This document shows, one piece after another, positions 37,232 to 48,986 of a stretch of DNA of 64,000 nucleotides (positions within the stretch are counted from its first letter, which is position 1; each line of letters opens with the position of its first letter). Source of the stretch: Planctomycetota bacterium. Its GTDB lineage: Bacteria; Planctomycetota; UBA8108; SXIK01. Location of the stretch: the NCBI GenBank assembly GCA_965223845.1, contig CBDCXR010000004.1:6144001-6208000 (forward strand). The letters run 5' to 3'. The position numbers were made by a program, and so were the translations under genes. Under the pieces are notes generated by a model. The model made no database searches and was not told where the DNA came from. It saw only the letters and a list, made by a program, of their open reading frames with translations.

Positions 37232-40200
37232 ATGTCCCGAAATCCTCGCGTTTCCTCAGGGCGCTCCCCGCGGGTCGCTCCGCTTTTCGGTCTCGTGTGT
37301 CTCGTTCTCCTCGGCGGTCCGTCCGCGCTCACGGCGGACCCCGCGGCGAAAAAGCGCGCGCGCGAAGTCTCGTTCAATCGCGATATTCGCCCGCTTCTCT
37401 CCTCGAACTGCTTTCACTGCCACGGCCCGGACCAGCACAACCGGAAGGCGAAGCTTCGTCTCGACGACGCGAGCGGCGTCGCCCGCGTCTTCAAGCCCGG
37501 CGACCGAGCTGCGAGCGACGCCTGGGCGCGCATCACCGCGAGTGACCCCGACGACCGCATGCCGCCGCCCGATTCCGGCCACGAGCTCAAGCCCGAGGAG
37601 ATCGAGCTGATCGGACGCTGGATCGATCGCGGCGCGAAGTGGGAGGGCCACTGGGCGTTCGCCGCGCCCGTCGAGCCCGAGCTTCCAGAGGTCTCGCGCG
37701 TCGATTGGCCGAAGGCGCCCGTCGACTCGTTCATCCTCGCCGAGCTCGAAGCCGAAGGCCTCGCGCCGAATCCCGAGGCCGATCGCGAGACGCTCCTTCG
37801 CCGGGTAACGCTCGATCTCACGGGACTCCCGCCGACGATCGCGGAGATCGACGCGTTTCTCGCCGACGACTCCCCCGGCGCGTACGAGCGCGCGGTCGAT
37901 CGACTGCTCGCGTCTCCCGCCTACGGCGAGAGGATGACCCTCGCGTGGATGGACGCGGCGCGCTACGGCGACTCGAGCGTCTTCCACGCCGACGGCCCGC
38001 GTGACATGTGGCCGTGGCGCGACTGGGTGATCGACGCCTACAACGCGAACAAGCCCTTTGACGAGTTCACGATCGAGCAGCTCGCGGGCGATCTTCTTCC
38101 CGAGCCCTCGACGGAGCAGCTCATCGCGACGGGATTCCATCGCAACAACGCAACGACCGACGAGGGCGGAGTGATCCCCGAAGAGTTCCGCGTCGAGTAC
38201 GCCGTCGATCGCGTGAAAACGACCGCCCTCGTCTGGATGGCGCTCACCATGGAGTGTGCGCAGTGTCACGACCACAAGTACGAGCCGATCTCGCGCCGCG
38301 ACTACTACCGCTTCTACGCCTATTTCAATCAGGCGTCCGATCCGGGGATGCAGACGCGGAACGGCAACCAGGCGCCGACCGCGAACGTGCCGAACTACGC
38401 GCTCCTTCCGCGAGTTCCCCGGCTGAACGACGAGCTCGCGCAGTTGAAGACGCAGCTTACCGCGCGCGTTGAGGAAGCCGAGCCGCGCTTCGCGACCTGG
38501 GTCGAGCGCGAGGAGAAGAATCCCGAGCGCTCGCAGCCCGAACCGAAGGGGATCTTCATCCACTTCCCGTTCGACGACGGGAAGGGGAAGAAGATCGCCG
38601 ACGTGATCGAGCCCGAGCGGATCGCCGCGCTTCGCGGGAAGCCGACCTGGGAGAAGGATGGGCGCCTCGGCGGTGCTCTTCGCCTCGGAGGCAACCGCTT
38701 CGTCGATGCCGGCGACCTCGCGAATTTCGAACGGAACCAGTCGTTCTCGTACGGTGCATGGGTGAAGACGGACGGCGACGGCGCGGCCGCGGTGATCGCG
38801 CGCATGAAGGACGGCAACGCCTACCGCGGCTACGACCTCTACCTCGCGGGCGGGCACGTCTCCGCGCACGTCATCCACCGCTGGCCCGAGAACGCGATCA
38901 AGGTGACGTCGAAAGCGAAGATCAAGAAGGGCGAATGGCACCACGTCTTCGCGACCTACGATGGCTCTTCGCGCGCCACCGGCCTCAAGATCTACATCGA
39001 CGGGAAACCCCAGGAGGTGAACGTCGAGCAGAACGGTCTCTCGGAGACGATTCAGGCCGAGACGCCGCTCTACGTCGGCCGTCGAAATCCGGGTTCGCAG
39101 TTCAGCGGACTCGTCGACGACGTCCGCATCTACGACGTCGAGCTCACGCCGAAGGAAGTCGCGACGCTCGCCGGCGCCGATCCGATCGGCCCGATCCTCG
39201 CGACGAAGCGCGAAGAGCGCACGCCCGAGCAGACGGAGATCCTTCGCCGCCACTTCCTCACGGAGAACGACGCCGCATACGTCGAGGTGCGCGAAGCGAT
39301 CGCGCGCGTCGAGAGCGAGATCGCCTCGGCGACGAAGCCCGTGAGCACCGTCATGATCATGAAGGACGTCGACAAGATGCGGACGACTTTCATGCTCGAT
39401 CGCGGGAACTACGCCTCGCCGCAGAAGGACAAGCCGGTCGATCCGGGAACGCCGGAGTTTCTTCCCGCGCTTCCCGAAGGCGCGCCCGCGAATCGTCTCG
39501 GCCTCGCGCGCTGGATCGTCGATCCGCGCCATCCGCTCACCGCGCGAGTCGCGGTGAATCGCTACTGGTACATGCTTTTCGGGACGGGCATCGTCGAGAC
39601 GGTCGAGGACTTCGGGCAGCAAGGCGCGCAGCCGAGCCACCAAGACCTCCTCGACTGGCTCGCGGTCGATTTCGTCCGCAGCGGATGGAACGTGAAGCGC
39701 ATGATCAAACAGCTCGTCCTCTCGGCGACGTATCGCCAGAGCACGCGCACCTCGCCCGATCTCCTCGAGCGCGATCCGAAGAATCGCCTCCTCGCGCGCG
39801 GTCCGCGGTTTCGCCTCCAGGGCGAGTTCATCCGCGACAACGCACTCGCGGCGAGCGGGCTCCTCGTCCGCCGAATCGGCGGCCCCGGCGTGAAGCCGTA
39901 CCAGCCGCCGGGGCTCTGGAACGAGGTTAGCCTCAGCGCCGGAGTTCGCTTCGTGCAGGATCACGGCGAGAAACTCTTCCGCCGGAGCATGTACACGTAC
40001 TGGAAACGTTCCGCTCCCGCGCCCGGTCTCACGATTTTCGATGCGCCGACGCGCGAACAGTGCGCGCTTCGCCGCAGCCGGACGAATACGCCGCTTCAGG
40101 CGCTCGTCACGCTCAACGATCCGCAGTTCGTCGAGGCGGCGCGGAAGCTCGCGGAGCGAGTCTTGCTCACGCCGGGATCCACCGAAGCGCGCATCACGTA

Positions 40201-40432
40201 TGCGTACCGCCTCGCGACCGGCGTTCGGCCGCGCGCGGATATCCTCGCGATCCTCACCAGCGCCTACGCCGAAGAGCTCGGCGTTTTTCGAACGGACGGC
40301 GAACGTGCCAAGGCGCTCCTTGCCATCGGCGAGTCGCCCCGTGCGGAGAAACTCGATGCCGCCGAGCACGCGGCGATGACCGTCGTCACCAGCATGATCC
40401 TCAACCTCGACGCCACGATCACGAGAGGCTAG
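37232..40432 (+). CDS. Planctomycete cytochrome c / DUF1549 / LamG / DUF1553 protein
   Basis: [43 protein letters not shown], LamG insert, [21 protein letters not shown]. Start at MSRNPRV; the longer track ORF from 36272 overlaps hsp20. Confidence 0.92.
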   Translation: MSRNPRVSSGRSPRVAPLFGLVCLVLLGGPSALTADPAAKKRAREVSFNRDIRPLLSSNCFHCHGPDQHNRKAKLRLDDASGVARVFKPGDRAASDAWARITASDPDDRMPPPDSGHELKPEEIELIGRWIDRGAKWEGHWAFAAPVEPELPEVSRVDWPKAPVDSFILAELEAEGLAPNPEADRETLLRRVTLDLTGLPPTIAEIDAFLADDSPGAYERAVDRLLASPAYGERMTLAWMDAARYGDSSVFHADGPRDMWPWRDWVIDAYNANKPFDEFTIEQLAGDLLPEPSTEQLIATGFHRNNATTDEGGVIPEEFRVEYAVDRVKTTALVWMALTMECAQCHDHKYEPISRRDYYRFYAYFNQASDPGMQTRNGNQAPTANVPNYALLPRVPRLNDELAQLKTQLTARVEEAEPRFATWVEREEKNPERSQPEPKGIFIHFPFDDGKGKKIADVIEPERIAALRGKPTWEKDGRLGGALRLGGNRFVDAGDLANFERNQSFSYGAWVKTDGDGAAAVIARMKDGNAYRGYDLYLAGGHVSAHVIHRWPENAIKVTSKAKIKKGEWHHVFATYDGSSRATGLKIYIDGKPQEVNVEQNGLSETIQAETPLYVGRRNPGSQFSGLVDDVRIYDVELTPKEVATLAGADPIGPILATKREERTPEQTEILRRHFLTENDAAYVEVREAIARVESEIASATKPVSTVMIMKDVDKMRTTFMLDRGNYASPQKDKPVDPGTPEFLPALPEGAPANRLGLARWIVDPRHPLTARVAVNRYWYMLFGTGIVETVEDFGQQGAQPSHQDLLDWLAVDFVRSGWNVKRMIKQLVLSATYRQSTRTSPDLLERDPKNRLLARGPRFRLQGEFIRDNALAASGLLVRRIGGPGVKPYQPPGLWNEVSLSAGVRFVQDHGEKLFRRSMYTYWKRSAPAPGLTIFDAPTREQCALRRSRTNTPLQALVTLNDPQFVEAARKLAERVLLTPGSTEARITYAYRLATGVRPRADILAILTSAYAEELGVFRTDGERAKALLAIGESPRAEKLDAAEHAAMTVVTSMILNLDATITRG

Positions 40433-40440
40433 CAGATTCG

Positions 40441-41910
40441 ATGAACCCACTCGAAGAGTATCAGCGGCAACTCACGCGGCGTCAGCTTCTCGGGCGCTCC
40501 ACGAAGGTGGTCGGCGCGGCTGCACTGTCGTCTCTGATCGGTGGCGAAGCGATCGCGGCGTCGTCGCCTCTTCAGGGCGCAGGCTCCCCGGCGACGATCG
40601 GACCCCGCCCGTCCCACTTCGCGCCGAAAGCGAAGCGCGTCATCTATCTCTTCATGTGCGGTGGACCGTCGCACATCGACACGTTCGACTTCCATCCCGA
40701 GCAGCGTCAGCTGCACGGGCAGGAGCTCCCGGACTCCGTCCGTCAGGGGCAGCGCATCACCGGAATGACCTCGGGGCAGAAGTCCTTCCCCGTCGTCGCG
40801 CCGATGTTCGACTTTCAGCGCTACGGCGAGCACGGGACGTACGTGAGCGAGATCCTGCCGCACGTCGCGGGCATCGTCGACGACATCACGATCGTGAAGT
40901 CCATTCACACCGAGGCGATCAACCACGATCCCGCGATCACGTTTATCAACACCGGCGTTCAACAACCCGGCAAGGCGAGCATGGGCGCGTGGGTGAGCTA
41001 CGGCCTCGGGAGCCCCGACGAAGACCTCCCCGCGTACATCGTCATGATTTCACGCGGGCCCGGGCAAAAGCAGGCGCTCTATTCACGCCTCTGGGGAAGC
41101 GGATTCCTTCCCTCGAAGCACCAGGGCGTGAAGCTTCGCTCGGGCGCGGACCCGGTTCTCTATCTGAAGAATCCGGGCGGCATCGATCGCCCGATGCGGC
41201 GTCGCATGCTCGACCGCATCGCCGCGATCAACGAAACGCAGTTCGGGGAGATCGGCGATCCCGAGATCCGAACCCGCATCGCGCAGTACGAGATGGCGTT
41301 TCGGATGCAGGCGTCGGTGCCGGAGCTCATGGATCTCTCCGACGAGCCCGAAAGCACCTTCGATCTCTACGGACCGGACTCGAAGAAGCCCGGGACGTTC
41401 GCGCGGAACTGCATCGTCGCCCGGCGACTCGCCGAGCGCGGCGTTCCGTTCCAGCAGCTCTTCCATCGCGGTTGGGACCAACACGGCAGCCTCCCGCGGC
41501 TCATCCGCGGTCAGTGCCAGACGATCGATCAGGCCGCGGCGGGACTCGTTCAGGATCTCAAGCAGCGCGGCATGCTCGACGACACGCTCGTGATCTGGGG
41601 CGGCGAGTTCGGCCGCACGATCTACTCGCAGGGACGTCTCACGAAGGATGATCACGGACGCGATCACCACGGCCGCTGCTTCACCGTGTGGATGGCGGGA
41701 GGCGGGATCAAGCGCGGCTTCGAGTTCGGGAAGACCGACGCTCATTCCTACAACATCGTCGAGAACCCCGTTCACATCCGCGACATGAACGCGACGATCC
41801 TCCACCTCCTGGGGATCGATCACAATCGCTTGACGTTCCGCTACCAGGGACTCGATCAGCGACTCACGGGAGTCGAGCCGACGCGAGTGGTGAACGAGAT
41901 CCTCGCCTGA
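40441..41910 (+). CDS. DUF1501 family protein (Tat-like leader)
   Basis: [53 protein letters not shown]. Confidence 0.93.
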   Translation: MNPLEEYQRQLTRRQLLGRSTKVVGAAALSSLIGGEAIAASSPLQGAGSPATIGPRPSHFAPKAKRVIYLFMCGGPSHIDTFDFHPEQRQLHGQELPDSVRQGQRITGMTSGQKSFPVVAPMFDFQRYGEHGTYVSEILPHVAGIVDDITIVKSIHTEAINHDPAITFINTGVQQPGKASMGAWVSYGLGSPDEDLPAYIVMISRGPGQKQALYSRLWGSGFLPSKHQGVKLRSGADPVLYLKNPGGIDRPMRRRMLDRIAAINETQFGEIGDPEIRTRIAQYEMAFRMQASVPELMDLSDEPESTFDLYGPDSKKPGTFARNCIVARRLAERGVPFQQLFHRGWDQHGSLPRLIRGQCQTIDQAAAGLVQDLKQRGMLDDTLVIWGGEFGRTIYSQGRLTKDDHGRDHHGRCFTVWMAGGGIKRGFEFGKTDAHSYNIVENPVHIRDMNATILHLLGIDHNRLTFRYQGLDQRLTGVEPTRVVNEILA

Positions 41911-41947
41911 GGTCGCGCTCGAGTCATCCTGCGAGCCATCGCCCGCG

Positions 41948-42331
41948 CTACGGGCTTCGGTCGGGCTCGAGCTCCGCGCGGTACTGCTTGGACTCGTCCG
42001 CCGCGAGGGAGAGCACTTGCTGGTGAGTGCGGTAGCCCGGCTTCTCGATCACGAGATGCACCTTCCCCACGCGCGCCGACATGCGCTCGAACGCGTCCTC
42101 GGAAATCAGTCGACCGCGGTAACGAGTCAAGACGTCGACCGTCTGCTCGACAACCGGTGACGTGCCGAGGAGGAGCTTCTCATCGCTGAGGGGCCCCAAT
42201 CGATAAACTTCCGCGCCGGGTGGGTCGGTGAACACGGAGACCGTGCGCGGCTCCAAGGTCACGCGCGGGGCCGCGCTGCAGGCGGTGAGCAGGGCTACGG
42301 CGGTCGTCGCGCCGACGCGTAAGCGACTCAT
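41948..42331 (-). CDS. PEGA-domain lipoprotein
   Basis: LLTAC lipobox; TDPPGAEVY...LGTSP...IEKPGY. Confidence 0.72.
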   Translation of the reverse strand: MSRLRVGATTAVALLTACSAAPRVTLEPRTVSVFTDPPGAEVYRLGPLSDEKLLLGTSPVVEQTVDVLTRYRGRLISEDAFERMSARVGKVHLVIEKPGYRTHQQVLSLAADESKQYRAELEPDRSP

Positions 42332-42551
42332 AAGCAATTCGCACCTCCGATGCGCCCCTCGGCTCATCGCAACGAATCGGTTCGCCACGAGGTTCCGCGA
42401 TTCTCGCGATTCGTGATCGAGATTCGCTCTCCTCGCCGCCTGCCGCTCGCCGGATCGGTCGCGGAATCCGTCCCTAGCGCCGAAAGTTCGGTTACAGTGG
42501 ATGCAACTGCCGATCGACACTTGGGTCCGGGATCAGACTTGGGAGGGACTG

Positions 42552-45500
42552 ATGTACGTTCAAGGCCGAAAGCTCGCAGCTCTGCTATTCATCGGGATAG
42601 TCGCGTCGCCGCTCGCTGCGCAGGAACCCGCCGCGCACTGGTGCTTTGAGGAGCGGGAAGGAGAGACGACATCCGACCGCGTCGCCGGGAACGACGCCTC
42701 GCTCGTCGACTTGAACCCCGTCACGGCCTGGGTGCCCGGCGAAGTCGGCATCGCGGGCATCGAATTCGACGGCGAGGGCGGCTATCTCGAGATCGGTGAT
42801 CCGGCGGCGTTCGACCTCGGAATGGATTTCACCTGGGCCGCGTACATCCGCACGGATCATCCGAACGCCGGGACGATCATCTCGAAGTCCCCCACCGAAG
42901 ACGGCTGGGGCATGGGTTCGTTCGCGCTCTTTGTGCGAGAGGGCGTCCTCACCGTGGACGTGGGATACATCGGCGATCTCGAAGGCGATTTCGTCGCGGA
43001 CGGTGAATGGCACTTCGTCGCGCTGGCGGTCACCCACGATGTCGGGGAAGAGGGCGGCGATCTCGTCGAGCTCTTCGTGGACGGCGTCGCGTCGGCGAGC
43101 TTTGCCGACTGGGACATCGACGAGTTCGGCCCTCCCGGCGAGGGGGAGCCGTTCAAGATCGGCTTTGCGAGTCCGGACTTCCCCGAAGACGGGACGTTTT
43201 TCGAGGGGACGATCGACGACGTTCGCGTGTGGAACGAGGCCCTCGCGCTCGAGGCCATCGAGATCGCGTTCGAAGACGCGGGTGAGGGTTGTACGCTCAA
43301 CCCGCCGAACTGTGAGGACCCCGCCGACACCCACTGCGACGGACTCGCCGTAACCGGCCCCGATGGCGATCTACCGGGAGCGTACACGCTCACGGCGACG
43401 GCGACCGATGACGGCGGCGACGATATCATCTATCACTTCTCCGTCGAGAGCGAAGCCGGAAGGGTGATCGAGGTCACGTCGCTCGAAAACGAGATCGAAG
43501 TGCGTCTTCGCGCGGGGACATGGACGGCGAGCGTGACCGTCGATGACGATCCCTGGTGTGACGACGAAGCGGCGAACAACTCCTGCTCGGAAGGACCGTT
43601 CGAAGTCCTCCCGCTCCCGGCGCAGCTCGTTGCGCACTACTGCATGGAAGAGCGCGAGGGTGACGTCGTCATCGATGCGACCGGCGGAGCGAACGGTCTC
43701 ATCGTCCAGATGGAAGACGGGGCTGTCTTCGAGCACGCGAATCCGGACGGTGCTTGGGTGCCCGGTTGCGTCGGCTTCGCCGGTCTCGACACGGGAAGCG
43801 TCGACGGATTCGTCGCGATCGACGATCCCGAGGGACGCATCGATCTCGCCGAGAGCTTCACGATCGCGACGACGATCCGCACCGACGACGAGTTCGCCGG
43901 GACGATCTTCGCCCAGAGTCCGTCCGAAGAGACGGAGCCGGGCTCGCAGCACTTCTTCATCGCCGAAGGACTCCTTTTCTACGACGTAGGCTTCGTCGGC
44001 GAGATCGTCGGTTCGGTGTTCGTCGCCGACGGCGAATGCCACCACGTCGCGGTCGTGGTCGAGCGCGACTTCGAGGGGGACAACGAACGCGTTCAGTTCT
44101 ACGTCGATGGCGTGCTCGATACGGAATCGACGTTCCTCGATTTCCAGGCGGCCGGCGAAGAAGTCGTCGGTGAGAAGAAGATCGGGATGGGGGCGATGTA
44201 TTTCCCGGATCAACCCCACTATCAGGGGGTGATCGACAACCTGAAGATTTGGAACTACCCGCTCGCGCTCGACGAGATCGAGGCCGACGTCGAGACGGAG
44301 AACGAAGGCTGCGAAGCGGATCCGCCCGAGTGTCCCGCTGAGGGTGACGACGAGGACGGCGATTCCCGGTGCATCGCGATCGAGACGATCGGTCCCGAGG
44401 GCGCGCTCGAGGGAACCTGGGAGTTTTTCGTCGAGGCCGAGGACGCTACTGAAGACGCTCTCTTCTACACTCTCGAACTTCTCCGACGCGGCGCGGACGG
44501 CGAAGATGACGAGGAGCTCTCGCTCACCCAGTTCGACAACCCGGAGTTTTTCCCGCGCCTTAGGCCGGGCGACTGGGAGGTGTCAGCGCGAGTCGACGAC
44601 GACCTCTTCTGCGAGGACACGTCGGAGGAGGCGATCTGCGGCGACACCGAGTTCACGGTGAATCCACTTCCCGAAATCCTCGCCGCTTCGTTCTGCTTCG
44701 AGGACGAGGAGCCCGAATTCACCGAGGACGTCATCAGCGGGATCGGCGCCGACCTCATCGCGTTCCCTGAGGGCGCCGGCGACGGCGAGCCGCCCGCGCG
44801 TGAAGACGGCCTCGACGACGGAAGCGATAGCGCTCTTCTCTTCGACGGCCTCGACGACGCGGTCGTCGTCGATCCGCACCCGGCCTTCGATCTCCGAAAC
44901 AGCTACTCCGTCTCGGCGACGATCCTCGTCGGCGACGACCCGGCGACGGGCGAGCCGGATCCCTACGGCGGATCGATCTGGATGCTCGGCCCCGAGCTCG
45001 GCGAATCGGCGGATGTGCCGGGCGTCCAAGACATCTTCGTCCACGAGGGCTTCGTTCGCTTCACCGTCCTCTTCGTCGGCGAAATGGAACTCAGCGCGGA
45101 GATCCTGCCGGTGAATGACGGTCTCCCGCATCGCGTCCTCCTCACCGTCGACGCGGACTTCGAGGACGTGCTCGATCGCGCGGTTCTCTACATCGACGGC
45201 CAACCGGTCGGCGAGTGGGAGGCTGATTTCCTCGGCGGCGGCCTCTTCTTCGATGAGGACGGCGAGAACGAGACGCACTTTCGAATCGGTTACAGCGCGC
45301 CCGATTGGCCGTCGGCCGATTTCCCGAGCGGCAACGACCGTGACATCAACCACTTCAACGGCTTGATCGACAACGTGAAGGTGTGGTCGTACGCCCTCAG
45401 TGAAGACGACGCTCTCGAGGACGCCGAGGATGCCGGCGCCAACTGCGAAGCGCCCGAGGTGCGGTTCAAGCGTGGCGACAGCAATGCCGACGCGGGTTTC

Positions 45501-45743
45501 AACATCGCCGATGCGCTCTTCACTCTGAATCACCTCTTCTCGGATGACGGCGTGGAGCCGGGCTGCCTGGCGGCTGCGGATGCCAACGTCGATGGCGGCG
45601 TCAACATCGCCGACGCGCTCTACACGCTGAACCATCTCTTCGGCGATGGCCCGGAGCCGCCGCCGCCCTTCGAGGCGTGCGGGCCCGGGACGGCATCCGA
45701 TCTCGAAGTCGGGTGCGCGGTCATTCCGCCGGAGTGTCGCTAG
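42552..45743 (+). CDS. Secreted acidic protein with three LamG-like domains, two PKD-like modules and a dockerin-like C-terminus
   Basis: DGEWHFVA, FEGTIDDVRVW, YQGVIDNLKIW, FNGLIDNVKVW; FKRGDSNADAGFNIADA...AADANVDGGVNIADA; GGAGG RBS. Confidence 0.85.
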   Translation: MYVQGRKLAALLFIGIVASPLAAQEPAAHWCFEEREGETTSDRVAGNDASLVDLNPVTAWVPGEVGIAGIEFDGEGGYLEIGDPAAFDLGMDFTWAAYIRTDHPNAGTIISKSPTEDGWGMGSFALFVREGVLTVDVGYIGDLEGDFVADGEWHFVALAVTHDVGEEGGDLVELFVDGVASASFADWDIDEFGPPGEGEPFKIGFASPDFPEDGTFFEGTIDDVRVWNEALALEAIEIAFEDAGEGCTLNPPNCEDPADTHCDGLAVTGPDGDLPGAYTLTATATDDGGDDIIYHFSVESEAGRVIEVTSLENEIEVRLRAGTWTASVTVDDDPWCDDEAANNSCSEGPFEVLPLPAQLVAHYCMEEREGDVVIDATGGANGLIVQMEDGAVFEHANPDGAWVPGCVGFAGLDTGSVDGFVAIDDPEGRIDLAESFTIATTIRTDDEFAGTIFAQSPSEETEPGSQHFFIAEGLLFYDVGFVGEIVGSVFVADGECHHVAVVVERDFEGDNERVQFYVDGVLDTESTFLDFQAAGEEVVGEKKIGMGAMYFPDQPHYQGVIDNLKIWNYPLALDEIEADVETENEGCEADPPECPAEGDDEDGDSRCIAIETIGPEGALEGTWEFFVEAEDATEDALFYTLELLRRGADGEDDEELSLTQFDNPEFFPRLRPGDWEVSARVDDDLFCEDTSEEAICGDTEFTVNPLPEILAASFCFEDEEPEFTEDVISGIGADLIAFPEGAGDGEPPAREDGLDDGSDSALLFDGLDDAVVVDPHPAFDLRNSYSVSATILVGDDPATGEPDPYGGSIWMLGPELGESADVPGVQDIFVHEGFVRFTVLFVGEMELSAEILPVNDGLPHRVLLTVDADFEDVLDRAVLYIDGQPVGEWEADFLGGGLFFDEDGENETHFRIGYSAPDWPSADFPSGNDRDINHFNGLIDNVKVWSYALSEDDALEDAEDAGANCEAPEVRFKRGDSNADAGFNIADALFTLNHLFSDDGVEPGCLAAADANVDGGVNIADALYTLNHLFGDGPEPPPPFEACGPGTASDLEVGCAVIPPECR

Positions 45744-45776
45744 TTCACCCCGGTTCGATCGGGAGTCACGCCGGCG

Positions 45777-48700
45777 ATGCGGACGCGCACGATCGTTCGA
45801 CAGACTGTTTTCTTCGGTTCCGGCGCAGCGGACACGACGATCGCGGCGAGCGGGATCTTCCTTCTCGCCGCGATCGCCGCCGCGGAGCCCGCGCGCGGCG
45901 AGGTCGTCCTCAACGAGCTTCAGGCGAGCAACGATGCGACGATCGAGGACCCGGACGCCCCGGGAGAGTTCGACGACTGGGCGGAGGTGTTCAACTCGAG
46001 CGACGCCGACGTCGACCTCGGTGGACACTACCTAACCGATGATCTCGAGCGTCCGACCCGCTGGCGGATTCCGCCGGGCGTCGTCGTGCCCGCGCGCGGA
46101 TTCCTCGTCTTCTGGCTCGACGACGACGAAGAGCAGGGCGACCTGCACGCTCCGTTCCAGCTAGACGCGGGCGGCGACGCGCTCGCGCTCGTTGCGCCGG
46201 ACGGACAAGCCGTCCTCGACTCGATCGAGTTCGGTGAACAGGCGACGGACTGGTCGTTCGGACGTGCAGCCGACGCGAACGAGCGCTGGCTCGCGATGCC
46301 CGAACCGACCCCGGGCGGACCGAACGGAGTCGGCGCGGGGGACGCCCCGACGTTTTCGGTCTCCTCCCGCACCTTCTTCGACGCGTTCGAGCTCGCGATC
46401 GCGCCCGGAGACGAAGAAGCGACGATCTACTACACGCTCGACGGGTCGGAGCCGAACGAGGAGGAGGGGCGCAAGTACGACGGTCCGATCACGATCGATG
46501 CCACGACTCGCGTGCGTGCGCTCGCCATCGAGCCCGAGCTCGTCCCGAGTCCGGTCGTGAGCGCGGTGTACTTGCACATCGACGAGAGCCTCCGCGACTT
46601 CGAGTCGAATCTTCCGCTCGTCGTCATCGACACACTCGGTACGAACGTCGACGCTCTGGTCGCGCGGCCGCGGCTCTTTCAGCCCGTACTCGCGGCCTTC
46701 ATCCCGACACCGGGCGAGAACGCGCACGCGTCCCTTCTCAGTCCGGCCGAATGGGCCGGGTCCGGCGGACTCCATGTCCGCGGCTCGAGCACGACGCAGT
46801 ACCCGAAAAAGCAGTACGCCTTCGAGACGTGGGACGAGCGACGCGAAGACTCGCCGGTGTCCCTCTTCGGGATGCCTCGCGAGTCGGACTGGGTGCTTCA
46901 GGCGCCCTATTCCGACAAGACGCTGATGCGAAACCACCTCATCTACGGGTGGAGTCGCGCGATCGGTCGCTACGCGCCGCGGACACGCTTTTGCGAGGTG
47001 TTTCTGCGCCGCACGGACGGCGCCGTGAGCGAGAGCGACTACCGCGGCGTCTACGTCCTCATGGAGAAGATCAAGCGGGACGACGACCGAGTCGATATCG
47101 CTCGACTGGATCCCGGCGACGACGCCGAGCCCGAGATCACCGGTGGCTATCTGCTCAAGAAAGATTGGCTGACCGGCGCGTCGTTCTTCACCACCGAGAC
47201 CTACCGCGACAATCTCATCTACGTCGACCCGGATGTCTCCGAGCTCACGGGCGCTCAGCGACGGTGGCTGAAGGATCATTTCGACGAGTTCGAGCACGTA
47301 CTTTCAGGCGAGGACTTCGCCGATCCGGGTGGCGGCTACGCGCAGTACATCGATGTCGATTCGTTCGTCGATCACCACCTTCTCGTCGAGCTCGGACGCA
47401 ACGTCGACGGCTACGTCCTCAGCACGTTCTTCTACAAGCAGCGCGGCGGGAAGGTCTTCATGGGCCCGATCTGGGACTACAACGGCGCGCTCGGCGGCGC
47501 CGATTACTTTTGCTCGTTCGAGACCGCCGGCTGGCACTACGAATTCGACGAAAGCGAATGCGGCGGCGGGGGAGAGACGTTCCCAGCGGACAATCCAAAC
47601 GGCTATCGATGGTACGCACGTTTGTTCGAGGACCCCTCGTTTCGCCGTCGGTACGCCGAGCGCTGGGTGGAGCACCGCGCCGGGGCGTTGAGGACGGAGA
47701 ACCTGCTCCGTGACATCGCGAACGCCGCGAGCGAGCTCACGGACGACGGGGCGCCCGAGAGTCCGGTCGCGCGAAACTTCGACCGCTGGCGCATCCTCGA
47801 CACCTACGTCTGGCCGAACGCGTTTCCCCGCGGAACGTACGAGGAGCACGTCGACTGGATGCGCGAATGGATCGTCGGGCGCGTCGAGTGGATGGACACT
47901 CAGCTCACGATTCCACCCACGGCCGAACCGGCCCCCGGCGACGTCGAGCCCGGGACGGAGGTCTCTCTCTCCGCGCCGTCGGGCGAGATCTTCTACACGA
48001 TCAACGGACCGGATCCTCTCGGACCGAACGGAGCGCCCGCACCCGAAGCGCGGAGGTTCGCCGGTCCGATTCGCGTCGACGCGAACACCCGGATCCTCGC
48101 GCGGGCGCGGCTCGGCGATGCGCTCTGGACCGGGCTGCTCGAGGCGATCTACCTCACGTCGCGTCCGCGTCTCGCCGTCACCGAGCTCATGTACAACCCA
48201 GGCGAGCCTCCGGAGGGGAGCCCCTTCACGCGGCGGAACTTCGACTTCCTCGAGATTCAAAACGTCGGTGACACCGCGGTCGACCTCGCGGGCTTCGCCT
48301 TCGTCGAACGGCTCCGCTACGAGTTCTCGTCGGGCGCGATCACTACTCTCGCCCCGGGCGAGTTCGCGTTGCTCGTTCAGAGCGCCGACGCCTTCGCCTC
48401 GCTCTACGGCGACGATGCTCCCGTCGCGGGCGAGTACGAAGGCATCCTCTCGAATACCGCGCAGGAGCTTCTCCTTCTCGGCTCCGTGGGTGAGACCGTA
48501 GTTCGCTTCGAGTATCGCGACTGGTACGAGTCGACGGACGGCGGCGGCCATTCGCTCGTTCTCGTCGACCCTCGATCCCCTACCGATTCGTGGAGCCGCG
48601 AGGATGCGTGGCGTCCGAGCCAAGACCCCGGCGGATCGCCCGGCGGTGAAGACGGAAGCGCGAACCCATCGCAGCGACGCGTGGGAGACCTCGACGGCGA

Positions 48701-48944
48701 CGCCAGACTCACGATCGCCGACGCGATCTTTCTCCTCGAGTATCTCTTCGAGGGAGATCGCGACCTTCCGTGCAACTCGCCCGCGGGGAATCGGCTCCTC
48801 GCGGATGTGAACGGAGACGAGAGGACGAACGTCTCCGATGCGATTTACGCGCTCTTTTTTCTCTTCGCCGAGGGCGATCCGCCCGCGCGCGGGACGGAGT
48901 GCCTCGAGATCGCGAGCTGCCCCGCCGCGTGCGGCGAGGGGTGA
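45777..48944 (+). CDS. Lamin-tail / FN3-associated / CotH kinase protein with dockerin-like C-terminus
   Basis: VVLNELQASN...DWAEVFN, IYYTLDGSEP, VRGSST, YSDKTLMRN, NVDGY, MGPIWDYN, ELMYNP, GDLDGDARLTIADA...DVNGDERTNVSDA. Confidence 0.88.
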   Translation: MRTRTIVRQTVFFGSGAADTTIAASGIFLLAAIAAAEPARGEVVLNELQASNDATIEDPDAPGEFDDWAEVFNSSDADVDLGGHYLTDDLERPTRWRIPPGVVVPARGFLVFWLDDDEEQGDLHAPFQLDAGGDALALVAPDGQAVLDSIEFGEQATDWSFGRAADANERWLAMPEPTPGGPNGVGAGDAPTFSVSSRTFFDAFELAIAPGDEEATIYYTLDGSEPNEEEGRKYDGPITIDATTRVRALAIEPELVPSPVVSAVYLHIDESLRDFESNLPLVVIDTLGTNVDALVARPRLFQPVLAAFIPTPGENAHASLLSPAEWAGSGGLHVRGSSTTQYPKKQYAFETWDERREDSPVSLFGMPRESDWVLQAPYSDKTLMRNHLIYGWSRAIGRYAPRTRFCEVFLRRTDGAVSESDYRGVYVLMEKIKRDDDRVDIARLDPGDDAEPEITGGYLLKKDWLTGASFFTTETYRDNLIYVDPDVSELTGAQRRWLKDHFDEFEHVLSGEDFADPGGGYAQYIDVDSFVDHHLLVELGRNVDGYVLSTFFYKQRGGKVFMGPIWDYNGALGGADYFCSFETAGWHYEFDESECGGGGETFPADNPNGYRWYARLFEDPSFRRRYAERWVEHRAGALRTENLLRDIANAASELTDDGAPESPVARNFDRWRILDTYVWPNAFPRGTYEEHVDWMREWIVGRVEWMDTQLTIPPTAEPAPGDVEPGTEVSLSAPSGEIFYTINGPDPLGPNGAPAPEARRFAGPIRVDANTRILARARLGDALWTGLLEAIYLTSRPRLAVTELMYNPGEPPEGSPFTRRNFDFLEIQNVGDTAVDLAGFAFVERLRYEFSSGAITTLAPGEFALLVQSADAFASLYGDDAPVAGEYEGILSNTAQELLLLGSVGETVVRFEYRDWYESTDGGGHSLVLVDPRSPTDSWSREDAWRPSQDPGGSPGGEDGSANPSQRRVGDLDGDARLTIADAIFLLEYLFEGDRDLPCNSPAGNRLLADVNGDERTNVSDAIYALFFLFAEGDPPARGTECLEIASCPAACGEG

Positions 48945-48986
48945 TCGAGCGGAACGGCGAGAGTGCGGGTTCGACCGCCCGGAACT

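Noticed and set aside
37256-40450. 1064-aa antisense ORF and the many other Arg-rich overlapping ORFs
   Set aside because: Shadow frames expected in high-GC coding DNA; no motifs, and the opposite frame has clear family signatures.
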